Source of the DNA: Alphaproteobacteria bacterium
GTDB lineage: Bacteria; Pseudomonadota; Alphaproteobacteria; HIMB59; GCA-002718135
Assembly (NCBI GenBank): GCA_045560915.1
Contig: JBJKYT010000050.1
Location: forward strand, 9,926 to 73,925
Direction: 5' to 3'
DNA: 64,000 bases
A program made the translations under genes and the position numbers. Below the pieces are notes generated by a model that was given only the letters and a program-made list of their open reading frames with translations, searched no databases and had not been told where the DNA came from. This document shows positions 41,507-60,316 of this stretch, piece by piece. Every line of letters begins with the position of its first letter. Positions within the stretch are counted from its first letter, which is position 1.

Positions 41507-42277
41507 CTAATAATTTTTTTTGTAATGTTCAAATAAAGCAATAGAGCATGCATTAGATACATTTAAACTATCTATTTTGAATTTTTTTTGAGATTTAATT
41601 CTTAATTCAATTAGTTCATCACAATCTTTTTTAGTTAAATTACGTAAACCCTTTCCTTCAGAACCAAAAACAAAAACACATTTTTTAGGTAAGTTAAATT
41701 CAAAATTTGTTTTACTTGAATTGCTATCAAAACCATAAATCCAAAAATCATTTTTTTTTAATTGATTTATTGCTCGAGATAGATTTACAACAGAAATATA
41801 GTTTGTTACTTCTAACGCTCCAGATGCAGCTTTTGCCATATTTCCTGTAATGTCGGGAGCATTATCTTTTGAGACTATAATTGTATCACAGTTGAATAGT
41901 GCACAAGATCTCATAATGGAACCAATATTAATAGGATCTGTTACTTGATCTAGAATTATGATTACATCTGATTGTTTATTTTTTGAATTAGAAATAATAT
42001 TTTGTAGACTGGGTTGTTCTATTTTTGAAGTTTTTAAAACAATTCCTTGATGATTTATTTCAGTACCGAACATCTTATTCATTTCGATATTTTGTAATTC
42101 TTTGATCTCAGGTATTAATTTGGTTGTTTGATGATCCAAAGTAGCCCTGTGATTTTTTGTAAAATATAACTTTTGATGCTTTCTATTAGTGTTTTTTATT
42201 GCTGCATAAACAGCATGTTTACCAAATATTTCGCAGAAAACCTTGTTTTTTAATTTTTTTTGTTTAATAAATTTCAT
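41507..42277 (-). CDS. SpoU/TrmH-family RNA 2'-O-methyltransferase (RlmB-like)
   Basis: 256 aa. Motifs LDQVTDPINIGSIMRS, FGSEGKGL and LNVSNA. Confidence 0.85.
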   Translation of the reverse strand: MKFIKQKKLKNKVFCEIFGKHAVYAAIKNTNRKHQKLYFTKNHRATLDHQTTKLIPEIKELQNIEMNKMFGTEINHQGIVLKTSKIEQPSLQNIISNSKNKQSDVIIILDQVTDPINIGSIMRSCALFNCDTIIVSKDNAPDITGNMAKAASGALEVTNYISVVNLSRAINQLKKNDFWIYGFDSNSSKTNFEFNLPKKCVFVFGSEGKGLRNLTKKDCDELIELRIKSQKKFKIDSLNVSNACSIALFEHYKKNY

Positions 42278-42405
42278 TAAATATAACCTATCTCAGATAT
42301 ACCCATTTATTACAATCTAGAACTATACAAATAAGTAAAATTTGTCTAAAAGGACCCCGCTTTTAAGAGTTTACAAAGTTTACGCAGGAGTGACGTTGTT
42401 TTAGA

Positions 42406-42432
42406 TTGACAATCATACTAAATACTTAGTAT
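42406..42432 (+). promoter_or_regulatory. Candidate sigma-70 promoter for the tRNA-Tyr/tRNA-Gly/tuf array
   Basis: TTGACA (42406-42411), a 15-nt spacer, then TAGTAT (42427-42432), about 20 nt upstream of tRNA-Tyr. The spacer is suboptimal and the AT-rich background makes chance matches likely. Confidence 0.3.
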
Positions 42433-42452
42433 GTGCCATCTTCTTCAAATTT

Positions 42453-42538
42453 GGAGGGGTGGTCGAGTGGTTAAAGGCAGCGGACTGTAAATCCGCCCGC
42501 GTGAGCGTACGTAGGTTCGAATCCTACCCCCTCCACCA
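42453..42538 (+). tRNA. tRNA-Tyr (anticodon GUA), class II long variable arm
   Basis: 86 nt. Acceptor GGAGGGG/CCCCTCC, anticodon loop CTGTAAA, T arm GTAGGTTCGAATCCTAC and an encoded CCA. Confidence 0.95.
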
Positions 42539-42581
42539 ATATGAGGGAATGGAAAAAGTGAGTGAGTGTGTCAGTTATAAA

Positions 42582-42655
42582 GCGGGTGTAGCTTAGTGGT
42601 AAAGCTCCAGCCTTCCAAGCTGGCTACGAGGGTTCGATTCCCTTCACCCGCTCCA
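42582..42655 (+). tRNA. tRNA-Gly (anticodon UCC)
   Basis: 74 nt. Acceptor GCGGGTG/CACCCGC, anticodon loop CTTCCAA, T-loop TTCGATT and an encoded CCA. Confidence 0.95.
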
Positions 42656-42683
42656 AAATGAAATTTTATACTGGGGTAAAAAA

Positions 42684-43874
42684 ATGGCTAAAGCAAAATT
42701 TGAAAGAACTAAACCACATTGCAACATCGGAACTGTTGGTCATGTGGATCATGGAAAAACTACTTTAACAGCTGCTATTACAAAAGTACTAGCTGAATCA
42801 GGCGGAGCAGAATTTACTGCTTATGATCAAATTGATAAAGCACCTGAAGAAAAAGAACGAGGCATTACAATTTCTACAGCTCATGTAGAATATGAAACTG
42901 AAAAAAGACATTATGCGCACGTGGATTGTCCTGGACATGCTGACTATGTAAAAAATATGATTACTGGTGCGGCGCAAATGGATGGCGGTATATTAGTTGT
43001 AAATGCTGCAGATGGTCCTATGCCACAAACAAGAGAACATATACTTTTAGCAAGACAGGTTGGTGTACCAGCTCTTGTTGTTTACATGAATAAAGTTGAC
43101 CAAGTTGATGACAAAGAATTAATCGATTTAGTTGAAATGGAAATTAGGGAACTTTTGACTTCATATGAATTTCCTGGTGATACTACCCCTATCATTAAAG
43201 GATCTGCTTTGGCTGCTGTTGAAGATAGAGATGAAGAAATTGGAAAAAATTCTATCATGGAGTTAATGAAAGCAGTTGATGAACATATACCACAACCTGA
43301 TAGACCCAAAGATAAACCTTTCTTAATGCCAGTTGAGGACGTTTTTTCAATATCTGGAAGAGGAACAGTTGTAACTGGACGTATTGAACAAGGAGTTGTT
43401 AAAGTTGGTGAAGAAATTGAAATACTAGGAATTAAAGAAGCTCAAAAAACTACTTGTACTGGTGTTGAGATGTTTAGAAAACTTCTTGATTCAGGTGAAG
43501 CTGGAGATAATGTAGGTGTATTATTAAGAGGAACCAAAAGAGAGGAAGTTGAAAGAGGCCAAGTTTTAGCTAAACCAGGCTCTATTAAACCTCATACAAA
43601 ATTTAAAGCTGAAGCTTATGTTCTTAAAAAAGAAGAGGGCGGAAGACATACTCCTTTCTTCTCTAATTATAGACCGCAGTTTTATTTTAGAACTACAGAT
43701 GTGACAGGAACTATTAAACTTCCTGAAGGTACTGAAATGGTTATGCCTGGAGATAATATTACCATGGAAGTAACGCTTTTATCTCCAATAGCAATGGATC
43801 AAGGATTAAAATTTGCTATTAGAGAAGGAGGCAAAACAGTAGGTGCTGGAGTAGTTGCTGAGATTATAGAATAA
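42684..43874 (+). CDS. tuf: Elongation factor Tu
   Basis: 396 aa. [18 protein letters not shown] and NKVD, with near-identity to canonical EF-Tu throughout. Confidence 0.99.
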   Translation: MAKAKFERTKPHCNIGTVGHVDHGKTTLTAAITKVLAESGGAEFTAYDQIDKAPEEKERGITISTAHVEYETEKRHYAHVDCPGHADYVKNMITGAAQMDGGILVVNAADGPMPQTREHILLARQVGVPALVVYMNKVDQVDDKELIDLVEMEIRELLTSYEFPGDTTPIIKGSALAAVEDRDEEIGKNSIMELMKAVDEHIPQPDRPKDKPFLMPVEDVFSISGRGTVVTGRIEQGVVKVGEEIEILGIKEAQKTTCTGVEMFRKLLDSGEAGDNVGVLLRGTKREEVERGQVLAKPGSIKPHTKFKAEAYVLKKEEGGRHTPFFSNYRPQFYFRTTDVTGTIKLPEGTEMVMPGDNITMEVTLLSPIAMDQGLKFAIREGGKTVGAGVVAEIIE

Positions 43875-43915
43875 ATTGTAAGAGACCGCTCTGCTTGTTT
43901 CTTGCAAACTCTAAT

Positions 43916-43991
43916 AGGAGTGTAGCTCAACTGGTAGAGCACCGGTCTCCAAAACCGGGGGCTGCGGGTTCAAGTCCTGCCACTCCTGCCA
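43916..43991 (+). tRNA. tRNA-Trp (anticodon CCA)
   Basis: 76 nt. Acceptor AGGAGTG/CACTCCT, anticodon loop CTCCAAA, T-loop TTCAAGT. It holds the conserved position between tuf and secE. Confidence 0.95.
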
Positions 43992-44006
43992 ATATATAGA
44001 GAGAAA

Positions 44007-44222
44007 ATGAATATAGAAAAGAAAAAAACATCACCAGCTCTTTTTGTAAGACAAGTAAGGCAAGAATTACAAAAAGTTACATGGGCAGGCAGAAGAGAAA
44101 CTTTTGTATCAGCTGCTATAGTAATTTTGTTAATTATACTTTTTTCTTTATTTTTTTTATTAACAGATCAAATTTGGTCTTTCTCTATAAAAAAAATAAT
44201 TCAAATAGGATCAGGTTTTTAG
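44007..44222 (+). CDS. secE: Preprotein translocase subunit SecE
   Basis: 71 aa. F..QV..ELKKV.W motif plus one TM segment. Synteny tRNA-Trp, secE, nusG. Confidence 0.92.
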   Translation: MNIEKKKTSPALFVRQVRQELQKVTWAGRRETFVSAAIVILLIILFSLFFLLTDQIWSFSIKKIIQIGSGF

Positions 44223-44756
44223 ATGAGTGACTGTAGGTGGTACGTATTGCATGCTTATTCAGGCTATGAGCAAAAAGTAGCTGACAGTATTGTAGATCAA
44301 GCAAGCAAGTTAGGAATATCAGAACATATTGAAGAAGTTTCAGTTCCAACTCAAAGCTTAGTAGAAGTAAAGAGAGGAGTTCGAATTAATTCAGAAAGAA
44401 AAATCTTTCCTGGATATATACTTATAAAAATGGCACTTAATGATGATACATGGCATATAATAAAGAATACTCCAAAACTAAGTGGCTTTTTAGGAAGTAA
44501 AGGAAAGCCTATTCCAATAAGTAATGCTGAAGCAAAAAGAATCTCTCAACAAGTTGTTGATGGAGTTGAAAAAACAAGACCAGCAGTTATGTATGATATA
44601 GGAGAGCAAGTTAAAGTTATAGATGGTCCGTTTGCATCTTTTAATGGTGAAATAGAACAAATAGATGAAGAAAAAGCTAGATTAAGAGTGGCAGTTTCTA
44701 TATTTGGAAGATCAACTCCAGTTGATCTTGAATATTCACAAGTAGAGAAAGTATAA
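44223..44756 (+). CDS. nusG: Transcription termination/antitermination protein NusG
   Basis: 177 aa. [11 protein letters not shown], the [12 protein letters not shown] domain, and a KOW domain ([16 protein letters not shown]). Confidence 0.97.
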   Translation: MSDCRWYVLHAYSGYEQKVADSIVDQASKLGISEHIEEVSVPTQSLVEVKRGVRINSERKIFPGYILIKMALNDDTWHIIKNTPKLSGFLGSKGKPIPISNAEAKRISQQVVDGVEKTRPAVMYDIGEQVKVIDGPFASFNGEIEQIDEEKARLRVAVSIFGRSTPVDLEYSQVEKV

Positions 44757-44760
44757 TATT

Positions 44761-45189
44761 ATGGCAAAAGAAGTCTTAGGTCTAATTAAATTACAAATTC
44801 CTGCTGGTGGTGCAAATCCCTCACCTCCAGTTGGTCCAGCTTTGGGTCAACGAGGTCTAAATATTATGGATTTTTGTAAAGCTTTTAATGATAAAACTAA
44901 AGATGTGGAAAAAGGTGCGCCCATTCCTGTAATTATAACTGCTTATAAAGATCGATCTTTTGATTTTATAACTAAGTTACCACCAGTAAGTTATTATTTA
45001 AAAAAAGCTGCAAAAATAAAAAAAGGTAATTCTACACCAGGAAGAAGCTTGGTTGGTAAAGTAACAATGGCGGATGTTAAAAAAATAGCTACAGAAAAAA
45101 TGGCAGATCTTAATGCTGTTGATATAGATGGAGCAATGAATATGGTTAAAGGTTCAGCTGTCTCAATGGGTATGGAGGTAACTAAATAA
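44761..45189 (+). CDS. rplK: 50S ribosomal protein L11
   Basis: 142 aa. Motifs [31 protein letters not shown]. Confidence 0.98.
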   Translation: MAKEVLGLIKLQIPAGGANPSPPVGPALGQRGLNIMDFCKAFNDKTKDVEKGAPIPVIITAYKDRSFDFITKLPPVSYYLKKAAKIKKGNSTPGRSLVGKVTMADVKKIATEKMADLNAVDIDGAMNMVKGSAVSMGMEVTK

Positions 45190-45879
45190 ATGAATATTTC
45201 CAAAAACAGAAAAAATTTAATTGAAAAAATTGATTTAAATAAATCATATGAACCAATTGAAGCAATAAAGATATTAAAAGAAAATTCATATGTAAAATTT
45301 GAAGAAAGCTTAGAAATAGCAATCAATCTAAGAATTGATACTAATAAAACTGAACAAAATATTAGAGGAGTGGTTAATCTTCCAAAAGGTACTGGAAAAA
45401 ATATTAGAGTGGCTGTAATGGCAAAGGGTGACAAGGCAAAAGAATCTGCTGAAGCTGGTGCAGATATCGTTGGAGATGATGATTTAGTAGACTCTATTAA
45501 TGCAGGAAATATAGATTTTGATATATTAATTGCAACTCCTGATATGATGCCAACAATAGGAAAAGTTGCTAAAATTCTTGGCCCAAAAGGATTGATGCCT
45601 AATCCAAAATTAGGAACTGTAACTCAAGATTTAAAAACCGCTGTTGAAAACTCTAAAGCAGGTCAAATTCAATACAAAAATGATAAAGCTGGAATTGTTC
45701 ATGCTGGAATTGGAAAATTGAATTTTAGCGAAGAGGATTTATTAGAAAATTTAAAAACTTTTTATTCGTCAATTACAAAAAGTAAACCTGATGCAGTAAA
45801 AGGTTCATTTATTAAAAAGGTTTCCATAGCTTCAACTATGGGTTTTGGACTAGAAATTAACTCATCTCTTTTGCGTTAA
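45190..45879 (+). CDS. rplA: 50S ribosomal protein L1
   Basis: 229 aa. Motifs GVVNLPKGTGK, LGPKGLMPNPK.GTVT and IHAGIGK. Starts directly after the rplK stop. Confidence 0.97.
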   Translation: MNISKNRKNLIEKIDLNKSYEPIEAIKILKENSYVKFEESLEIAINLRIDTNKTEQNIRGVVNLPKGTGKNIRVAVMAKGDKAKESAEAGADIVGDDDLVDSINAGNIDFDILIATPDMMPTIGKVAKILGPKGLMPNPKLGTVTQDLKTAVENSKAGQIQYKNDKAGIVHAGIGKLNFSEEDLLENLKTFYSSITKSKPDAVKGSFIKKVSIASTMGFGLEINSSLLR

Positions 45880-46065
45880 TTCTAATTCAAATGACATCAT
45901 TGATTAATGGTGTCACCTGTCAAAGACTGTAGGTGCTATTTAGCTTAATATCCTGCATAGACTGAAGCAAGTCATTTGATTAGCTTCTTGACAGGTTATT
46001 ATTAATTTGGTGGTCAAATTGATAATAGCAAATTGAGGGTAACCTCACTGTGAACTGGAGTAAAA
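45880..46065 (+). promoter_or_regulatory. Probable ribosomal protein L10 (rplJL) leader / autoregulatory 5' UTR
   Basis: This 186-nt non-coding gap is the largest in the array. It has a long-range 9-bp helix, ACCTGTCAA (45915-45923) pairing with TTGACAGGT (45988-45996), and a 5' hairpin GACATCAT..ATGGTGTC. The position matches known L10-leader elements. No covariance model was run. Confidence 0.45.
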
Positions 46066-46593
46066 GTGAAACGTTCTGATAAAAATGATTTTGTACAAAA
46101 CTTAAAAGAAGATCTAAAAAATTCTTCTTCAGTAGTTGTAGCTCATTATGCAGGATTATCTGTTGCTGAAACAGATAACTTAAGAAAAGAAATGAGATCA
46201 AATGGTGCAAAATTTAAAGTTACTAAGAACAGATTAACTAAGATTGCTCTAACTGGAACTCCCTATGAGTCTATCGAAGACTTATTCACTGGACCAACTG
46301 CTATAGCTTATTCATCAGATCCTGTTGCACCTGCAAGAGTATCTGTTGAGTTTGAAAAAAAATTTGAAAATTTTAAAATTTTAGGTGGAAGTTATGAAGG
46401 TGAAAAAATAGATAATGCAAAAATTAATTTTTTAGCAACTCTGCCTTCGCTTGATCAAATAAGAGCTAAATTGCTTGGACTATTAAATGCCCCTGCTCAA
46501 AAAATAGCTTCTATAACTCAAGCGCCAGGAGGACAATTAGCTAGATTAATAAATGCTAAAAGTGAACAGTTAGAAAAATCTAATCAGGTATAA
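46066..46593 (+). CDS. rplJ: 50S ribosomal protein L10
   Basis: 175 aa with a GTG start. L10 pattern (VVVAHYAGLSVAE...LR......G...KV.KN.L) and the position before rplL. Confidence 0.93.
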   Translation: MKRSDKNDFVQNLKEDLKNSSSVVVAHYAGLSVAETDNLRKEMRSNGAKFKVTKNRLTKIALTGTPYESIEDLFTGPTAIAYSSDPVAPARVSVEFEKKFENFKILGGSYEGEKIDNAKINFLATLPSLDQIRAKLLGLLNAPAQKIASITQAPGGQLARLINAKSEQLEKSNQV

Positions 46594-46605
46594 AGGAGAA
46601 ATAAA

Positions 46606-46980
46606 ATGGCTGATTTAAATAAAATTGTAGATGATTTATCTGCCTTATCGGTAATAGAAGCTGCTGAATTAAGCAAACTTCTTGAAGAAAAATGGGGTGT
46701 TTCTGCAGCTGCCCCTGTTGCTGCTGCTGCTGCGCCCGCTGCTGGTGACGCAGCTCCTGCAGAAGAAAAATCTGAATTTGATATAGTTTTGTCTGAAGCT
46801 GGATCAAATAAGATTGCGGTAATTAAAGAAGTACGAACTATTACTGGTCTAGGATTAAAAGAAGCAAAAGATCTTGTTGAGGGGGCCCCTAAGCCTTTAA
46901 AGCAAGGTGTTGCAAAAGCTGAAGCAGAAGAAATTAAAAAATCTTTAGAAGCAGCTGGAGCAAAAGTAGAACTAAAATAA
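46606..46980 (+). CDS. rplL: 50S ribosomal protein L7/L12
   Basis: 124 aa. Ala/Pro hinge, with [23 protein letters not shown] and GAKVELK. Confidence 0.98.
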   Translation: MADLNKIVDDLSALSVIEAAELSKLLEEKWGVSAAAPVAAAAAPAAGDAAPAEEKSEFDIVLSEAGSNKIAVIKEVRTITGLGLKEAKDLVEGAPKPLKQGVAKAEAEEIKKSLEAAGAKVELK

Positions 46981-46987
46981 TTTTTAT

Positions 46988-47011
46988 AGCCCTCGAATAA
47001 GTTCGAGGGCT
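46988..47011 (+). terminator. Stem-loop between rplL and rpoB (attenuator/partial terminator candidate)
   Basis: Perfect 10-bp stem AGCCCTCGAA / TTCGAGGGCT with a TAAG loop and no strong U-tract after it. The position matches the known rplL-rpoB attenuator of other bacteria. Confidence 0.55.
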
Positions 47012-47037
47012 AATTATATTAATTGTAAGGAAAAATA

Positions 47038-55376
<8,339 letters not shown>

Positions 55377-55391
55377 TTGCTTTTTATTCTC

Positions 55392-55419
55392 TTGACTTAT
55401 TAGTCCCCTTATTAATAAA
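55392..55419 (+). promoter_or_regulatory. Candidate sigma-70 promoter upstream of rpsL
   Basis: TTGACT (55392-97), a 16-nt spacer, then AATAAA (55414-19), inside the 113-nt rpoC-rpsL gap. The -10 match is weak and the background is AT-rich. Confidence 0.25.
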
Positions 55420-55489
55420 TACGCGCTACTTTTTGTCAATGGTGGTGAAAAATTCATTTCAGACGCTTGACAGTAGGAGTTTGTACAGA

Positions 55490-55862
55490 ATGCCAACAAT
55501 AAATCAACTTGTACGCAAGGGCAGAGAAGTAGTAAAAAAAAGAAACAAAGTTCCAGCTTTGGAATCTTGCCCTCAAAAGAGAGGTGTTTGTACTAGAGTT
55601 TATACAACTACTCCTAAAAAAACCAAATTCTGCACTTAGAAAAGTAGCGAGAGTTAAACTTACAAATGGTCAAGAAGTTTCAGCTTATATTCCTGGAGAG
55701 GGTCATAATTTACAAGAGCATTCTGTAGTATTAATAAGAGGTGGAAGAGTTAAAGATTTACCTGGAGTAAGGTATCATATTTTAAGAGGCACTTTAGATA
55801 CACAAGGTGTCACTGTTCGTAAACAAAGACGTTCGTTATATGGCGCAAAGAGACCTAAATAA
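55490..55862 (+). pseudogene. rpsL: 30S ribosomal protein S12, frameshifted as sequenced
   Basis: [13 protein letters not shown]...TTTPKK in frame 2 continues as [11 protein letters not shown]...GVRYHI.RG in frame 0. The change lies at the A7 run 55616-55622. Removing 1 nt from the 373-nt span leaves 124 codons. Confidence 0.97.
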
Positions 55863-55867
55863 ATAAT

Positions 55868-56340
55868 ATGTCCAGAAGAAGAGCAGCAGTAAAAAGAAAA
55901 ATCTTACCCGATCATAAATTTAAAGATCTTGTTATTGCAAAGTTTATGAACAGAATTATGCTTGATGGTAAGAAATCTATTTCAGAAAAAATTGTGTATG
56001 GAGCTTTTGATATTCTATCAAAAAAAATAGATAAAGAACCACTTAAATTTTTTCATGAAGCTCTTGACAATGTTAAGCCTAATTTAGAGGTCAAGTCTAG
56101 AAGAGTTGGAGGGCGCCACATATCAAGTGCCAATGGAAGTTAGGCCTAGAAGAGCTCAAACTCTTGCCATGAAATGGATTGCAGACTGTGCAGTTAAAAG
56201 AAATGAAAAAAACAATGCGAGAGAGAGTTGCTGGAGAGATTTTTGATGCCTACAATAATAAAGGTAATGCAGTAAAAAAAAGAGAAGAGACTCATAAGAT
56301 GGCAGAGGCCAATAGAGCATTTTCTCATTTTAGATGGTAA
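55868..56340 (+). pseudogene. rpsG: 30S ribosomal protein S7, two frameshifts as sequenced
   Basis: ...EVKSRRVGG is followed by [11 protein letters not shown]...KRNEK and then TMRERVAGE...[13 protein letters not shown], each in a successive frame. The changes lie at G3 56111-13 and A7 56206-12. Confidence 0.96.
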
Positions 56341-56346
56341 AAAATT

Positions 56347-58425
56347 ATGAATAGAGCTCATCCATTAGAAAAATATCGAAATATTGGAATTATGGCTCAT
56401 ATAGATGCAGGAAAAACCACAACTACTGAAAGAATATTATACTACACTGGAAAATCTCATAAAATTGGAGAAGTGCATGATGGTGCAGCAACTATGGATT
56501 GGATGGAGCAGGAACAAGAAAGAGGTATTACGATTACATCTGCGGCAACTACCTGTTTTTGGAATGATCATAGAGTTAATATTATTGATACTCCTGGACA
56601 TGTAGATTTCACAATTGAAGTAGAAAGATCTCTTAAAGTTTTAGATGGTGCAGTTGCAGTATTTGATGGAGTTGCTGGCGTTGAGCCTCAATCAGAAACA
56701 GTATGGAGACAAGCTGATAAATACAATGTCCCTAGAATGTGTTTTATTAATAAACTTGATAGAACTGGTGCTAATTTTTTTATGTGTGTCGATATGATTC
56801 CAGATCGTTTAGGTTCTTATCCATTAGTTTTACAATTACCGATAGGCATTGAAAGTAATCTGAAGGGTGTCGTAGATTTGGTTTCCAATAATGCAATAAT
56901 ATGGCAAGATGAGAGTCTGGGTGCAAAGTTTGATATAGTAGAAATCCCAGATGATTTAAAAGATCAAGCTAAAGAGTATAGAGAAAAATTAATTGAAAAA
57001 GTTGTTGAAGAAGATGATACTATAATGGAAACTTATCTTGATGGAAAAGAACCAACTATAGAAGAATTAAAAAAATGTATAAGAGCAGGAACTATAAAAG
57101 GAAATTTTGTACCAGTACTAACTGGCTCAGCTTTTAAGAATAAGGGCGTACAACCACTTTTGGATGCAGTTATAGATTACATGCCATCACCTAAAGATGT
57201 TGAGAGTGTAAAAGGAGTTGATGTTAAAGATGAGGCAACAGAATTAACAAGAAAATGTGATGATGATGAACCTTTTAGCGCATTAGCATTTAAAATAATG
57301 ACAGATCCCTTTGTTGGTAGTTTGACATTCGCTAGAATTTATTCAGGAACAGTTTCTACTAAAGATAGTGTATTAAATTCAACAGGTGGCAAAAAAGAAA
57401 GTATTGGTAGAATGCTTTTAATGCATGCTAACAATAGAGAAGAGATTAAAGAAGCTGGAGCTGGTGATATAGTTGCTTTAGTTGGATTAAAAGATGTAAC
57501 AACTGGAGAAACTTTATGTGATCCTAATAAGCCTATAATTTTAGAAAAAATGGATTTTCCAGATCCCGTAATAGAAGTTGCAGTTGAGCCTAAAACAAAA
57601 GTAGATCATGAAAAAATGGGACAAGCATTGGCAAGGCTAGCTCAAGAAGATCCAAGTTTTAGGGTAAATACCGATGAAGAAAGTGGTCAAACAATTATTA
57701 AGGGAATGGGAGAATTACATTTAGAAATTCTTGTTGATAGAATGAAAAGAGAGTTTAAAGTTGAAGCAAATGTTGGAGCTCCTCAGGTAGCCTATAGAGA
57801 AACAATTTCTAAATCTTATGATGTTGATTATACTCACAAAAAACAATCAGGTGGAGCAGGACAATTTGCGAGAGTAAAAATGATCTTTGAGCCAGGAGAA
57901 CCTGGTAGTGGATATGAATTTGTTAACAAAATAAAAGGTGGAAATATTCCTACTGAATATATACCAGGAGTTCAAAAAGGTTTGTTAGCACAACAGCAGT
58001 CAGGTGTTATGGCTGGCTTTCCTTGTATAGATTTTAAAGCAACATTATATGATGGTAATTATCATGATGTTGACTCAAGTGTACTTGCTTTTGAAATTGC
58101 TTCAAGAGCTGCATTTAGAGAAGGTATCTCAAAAGCGGATCCCAAATTACTAGAGCCAATGATGAAAGTAGAAGTAGTAACTCCTGAAGAATATATGGGA
58201 GATGTTATTGGAGATTTAAATAGTAGAAGAGGCCAAGTTCAGGAAATGAATACCAGAGGAAATGCCAATGTTATAAATGCAATGGTACCTCTTGCTAATA
58301 TGTTTGGATATGTAAATAATTTAAGATCTCTTTCTCAAGGCAGAGCTAGTTACTCAATGCAATTTGATCATTATGAACAAGTTCCAACAGCTGTTGCTGA
58401 AGAAGTAAAGGCAAAGTTAGCGTAA
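56347..58425 (+). CDS. fusA: Elongation factor G
   Basis: 692 aa. Motifs [23 protein letters not shown] and NKLDR, with full-length colinearity. Confidence 0.99.
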   Translation: MNRAHPLEKYRNIGIMAHIDAGKTTTTERILYYTGKSHKIGEVHDGAATMDWMEQEQERGITITSAATTCFWNDHRVNIIDTPGHVDFTIEVERSLKVLDGAVAVFDGVAGVEPQSETVWRQADKYNVPRMCFINKLDRTGANFFMCVDMIPDRLGSYPLVLQLPIGIESNLKGVVDLVSNNAIIWQDESLGAKFDIVEIPDDLKDQAKEYREKLIEKVVEEDDTIMETYLDGKEPTIEELKKCIRAGTIKGNFVPVLTGSAFKNKGVQPLLDAVIDYMPSPKDVESVKGVDVKDEATELTRKCDDDEPFSALAFKIMTDPFVGSLTFARIYSGTVSTKDSVLNSTGGKKESIGRMLLMHANNREEIKEAGAGDIVALVGLKDVTTGETLCDPNKPIILEKMDFPDPVIEVAVEPKTKVDHEKMGQALARLAQEDPSFRVNTDEESGQTIIKGMGELHLEILVDRMKREFKVEANVGAPQVAYRETISKSYDVDYTHKKQSGGAGQFARVKMIFEPGEPGSGYEFVNKIKGGNIPTEYIPGVQKGLLAQQQSGVMAGFPCIDFKATLYDGNYHDVDSSVLAFEIASRAAFREGISKADPKLLEPMMKVEVVTPEEYMGDVIGDLNSRRGQVQEMNTRGNANVINAMVPLANMFGYVNNLRSLSQGRASYSMQFDHYEQVPTAVAEEVKAKLA

Positions 58426-58733
58426 TGGAATCACAAGATATTAGAATTAGATTAAGAGCTTTTGATAATAAGCTTTTGGATACTAGCGCAACTGATATAA
58501 TAAATACTGCTAAAAGAACAGGTGCTAAAGTTAGAGGACCCATTCCTCTCCCTACAAAAAAAGAAAAATTTACAGTTAATAAATCTCCACATGTTGACAA
58601 AAAAAGTCGTGACCAGTTTGAGATAAGAACTCATAACAGATTGCTGGATATAATTGATCCAACTCCACAAACAGTAGATGCTTTGATGAAACTAGATTTG
58701 TCAGCAGGCGTTGAAGTAGATATAAAAATATAA
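58425..58733 (+). CDS. rpsJ: 30S ribosomal protein S10
   Basis: 102 aa. IRIRL.AFD...LD, GPIPLPT and [12 protein letters not shown]. The start overlaps the fusA stop (TAATG). Confidence 0.98.
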   Translation: MESQDIRIRLRAFDNKLLDTSATDIINTAKRTGAKVRGPIPLPTKKEKFTVNKSPHVDKKSRDQFEIRTHNRLLDIIDPTPQTVDALMKLDLSAGVEVDIKI

Positions 58734-58734
58734 C

Positions 58735-59379
58735 ATGAGAACAGGATTGATAGGTGTTAAAGTTGGTAATAGTTCTTTTTATAGCGAAGATGGTGTAGTA
58801 ACACCAATAACTCTAGTAAAAGTTGAAGAATGTATAGTATCAGCAATAAAGACAAAAGATAAAGATGGATATTTTGCTGTTCAGTTAGTTAGCATAGATA
58901 AAGCATCAAAAGATAGAAGAATTAATAAAGCACAAAAAAAATTATTTTCTAAAATTAATATTTCTCCAAAAAAAGTTGTAAAAGAGTTTAGGGTTATAGA
59001 AGAAAACCTCCTTGAATTAGGATCTTCTATTAAAGCAGATCATTTTAAAAAAAATCAAAAAATTGATGTTACAAGTATATCTATTGGAAAAGGTTTTGCA
59101 GGAGCTATGAAAAGACATAATTTTGGAGGACTTAGAGCCTCCCATGGTGTTTCAGTATCTCATAGATCTCATGGTTCAACTGGAAATTCTCAAGATCCTG
59201 GAAAAGTTTTTAAAGGAAAGAAAATGGCAGGTCATATGGGTAATACTCGTGTTACTAAGCAAAATTTAAAAATTGTAGATATTGATTTAAATAATAACTT
59301 GTTAGCTATTAAGGGATCTATTCCTGGTAAAAAAAATACTACCGTATTCATCAAAGATGCAATTAAAGGAAAGAATTAA
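58735..59379 (+). CDS. rplC: 50S ribosomal protein L3
   Basis: 214 aa. Motifs GKGFAG.MKRHNFGG and GHMG..RVT.QNL. Confidence 0.97.
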   Translation: MRTGLIGVKVGNSSFYSEDGVVTPITLVKVEECIVSAIKTKDKDGYFAVQLVSIDKASKDRRINKAQKKLFSKINISPKKVVKEFRVIEENLLELGSSIKADHFKKNQKIDVTSISIGKGFAGAMKRHNFGGLRASHGVSVSHRSHGSTGNSQDPGKVFKGKKMAGHMGNTRVTKQNLKIVDIDLNNNLLAIKGSIPGKKNTTVFIKDAIKGKN

Positions 59380-60002
59380 TGAAAAAGCAAGTAGTAGATT
59401 TATCAAATAAAAATATTTCAGAAATTGATATTCCTGAATCTATATTTGGAATAAAAGTATTTCCAGATTTAATTCATCAATATATTCGTTATCAAAATGC
59501 AAAATCTAGACAAGGTAGTCATAAAACAAAAACCAGATCAGAAATTAAAGGAAAGGCAAAAAAGCCTTTTGCTCAAAAAGGGACTGGTAATGCTCGTCAA
59601 GGAAGTTCTAAACCTCCTCATTATAGGGGTGGTGCTACTTCAATGGGTCCTCAAAATAGAGATCATTCTTTCTCCCTCAATAAAAAAGAAAAAACTTTAG
59701 CTTTAAAATGTGCTTTATCTAATAAATCAAAAAATGAAGAAATTATCTTTGTAGATTCCCTAGAGATAGCTGATCATAAAACTAAAAAACTTTTTAATAG
59801 TTTAAAAAAATTTAGTTTTAATTCTGCTTTATTTATTCATAGTGAGAAAAGTAATAATGAAAATTTTAAAAAAGCTTCTTCTAATATCCCTAAATTAGCA
59901 ATGCTTTCTGAAAAAGGTTTAAACGTTAGAGATCTAATGACTTTTGATAAAATTTTTATTGAAACAACAGCAATAGAACAGATAACAAAAAGATTAATAT
60001 GA
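59379..60002 (+). CDS. rplD: 50S ribosomal protein L4
   Basis: 207 aa. Motifs KTR.E..G..KKP..QKGTG.ARQGS...P..RGG. Confidence 0.96.
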   Translation: MKKQVVDLSNKNISEIDIPESIFGIKVFPDLIHQYIRYQNAKSRQGSHKTKTRSEIKGKAKKPFAQKGTGNARQGSSKPPHYRGGATSMGPQNRDHSFSLNKKEKTLALKCALSNKSKNEEIIFVDSLEIADHKTKKLFNSLKKFSFNSALFIHSEKSNNENFKKASSNIPKLAMLSEKGLNVRDLMTFDKIFIETTAIEQITKRLI

Positions 60003-60316
60003 AAAAAAACAATAAACAAATTAGTGATGAAAGAGCTCTAAGTATTATACTTAAGCCCTTGACTACTGAAAAATCTACAAATTTAAATCAATTTAATCAA
60101 TATTCTTTTTTAGTAAGTAAAGATTCTAACGCTGGTGAGATAAAAAATTCAATTGAAAAAATTTTTAAAGTAAAAGTTACAAAAGTTAATACTTTAATTT
60201 TAAGAGGTAAATTAAAAAGTTTTAAGGGAAGTTTGGGGTATAGAAAAGATCAGAAAAAAGCCATTATAACTTTAGCTGATGGTAATACAATAGATTCATC
60301 ATTGGAGATTAAATGA
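59999..60316 (+). CDS. rplW: 50S ribosomal protein L23
   Basis: 105 aa. P..TEKS, F.V...A.K..IK.A.E..F.VKV..VNT and the position between rplD and rplB. Confidence 0.95.
   Translation: MKKNNKQISDERALSIILKPLTTEKSTNLNQFNQYSFLVSKDSNAGEIKNSIEKIFKVKVTKVNTLILRGKLKSFKGSLGYRKDQKKAIITLADGNTIDSSLEIK

Noticed and set aside
42368-42383. Direct repeat AGTTTAC-N2-AGTTTAC upstream of the candidate tRNA/tuf promoter as a regulator binding site
   Set aside because: It is only a 7-nt repeat in AT-rich DNA, so the chance expectation is high. There is no supporting conservation data. It may simply act as an UP-like A/T element.
46700-46770. Locally GC-rich GCT/GCC-rich stretch inside rplL as a possible foreign insert or repeat
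   Set aside because: It encodes the universal Ala/Pro-rich flexible hinge of L7/L12 ([19 protein letters not shown]). The composition follows from the amino-acid content.
55433-55489. N-terminal extension of rpsL ([19 protein letters not shown]...) suggested by the ORF track
   Set aside because: S12 universally begins MPTINQL. The extension starts at a non-ATG codon inside the intergenic promoter region, so the true start is the ATG at 55490.
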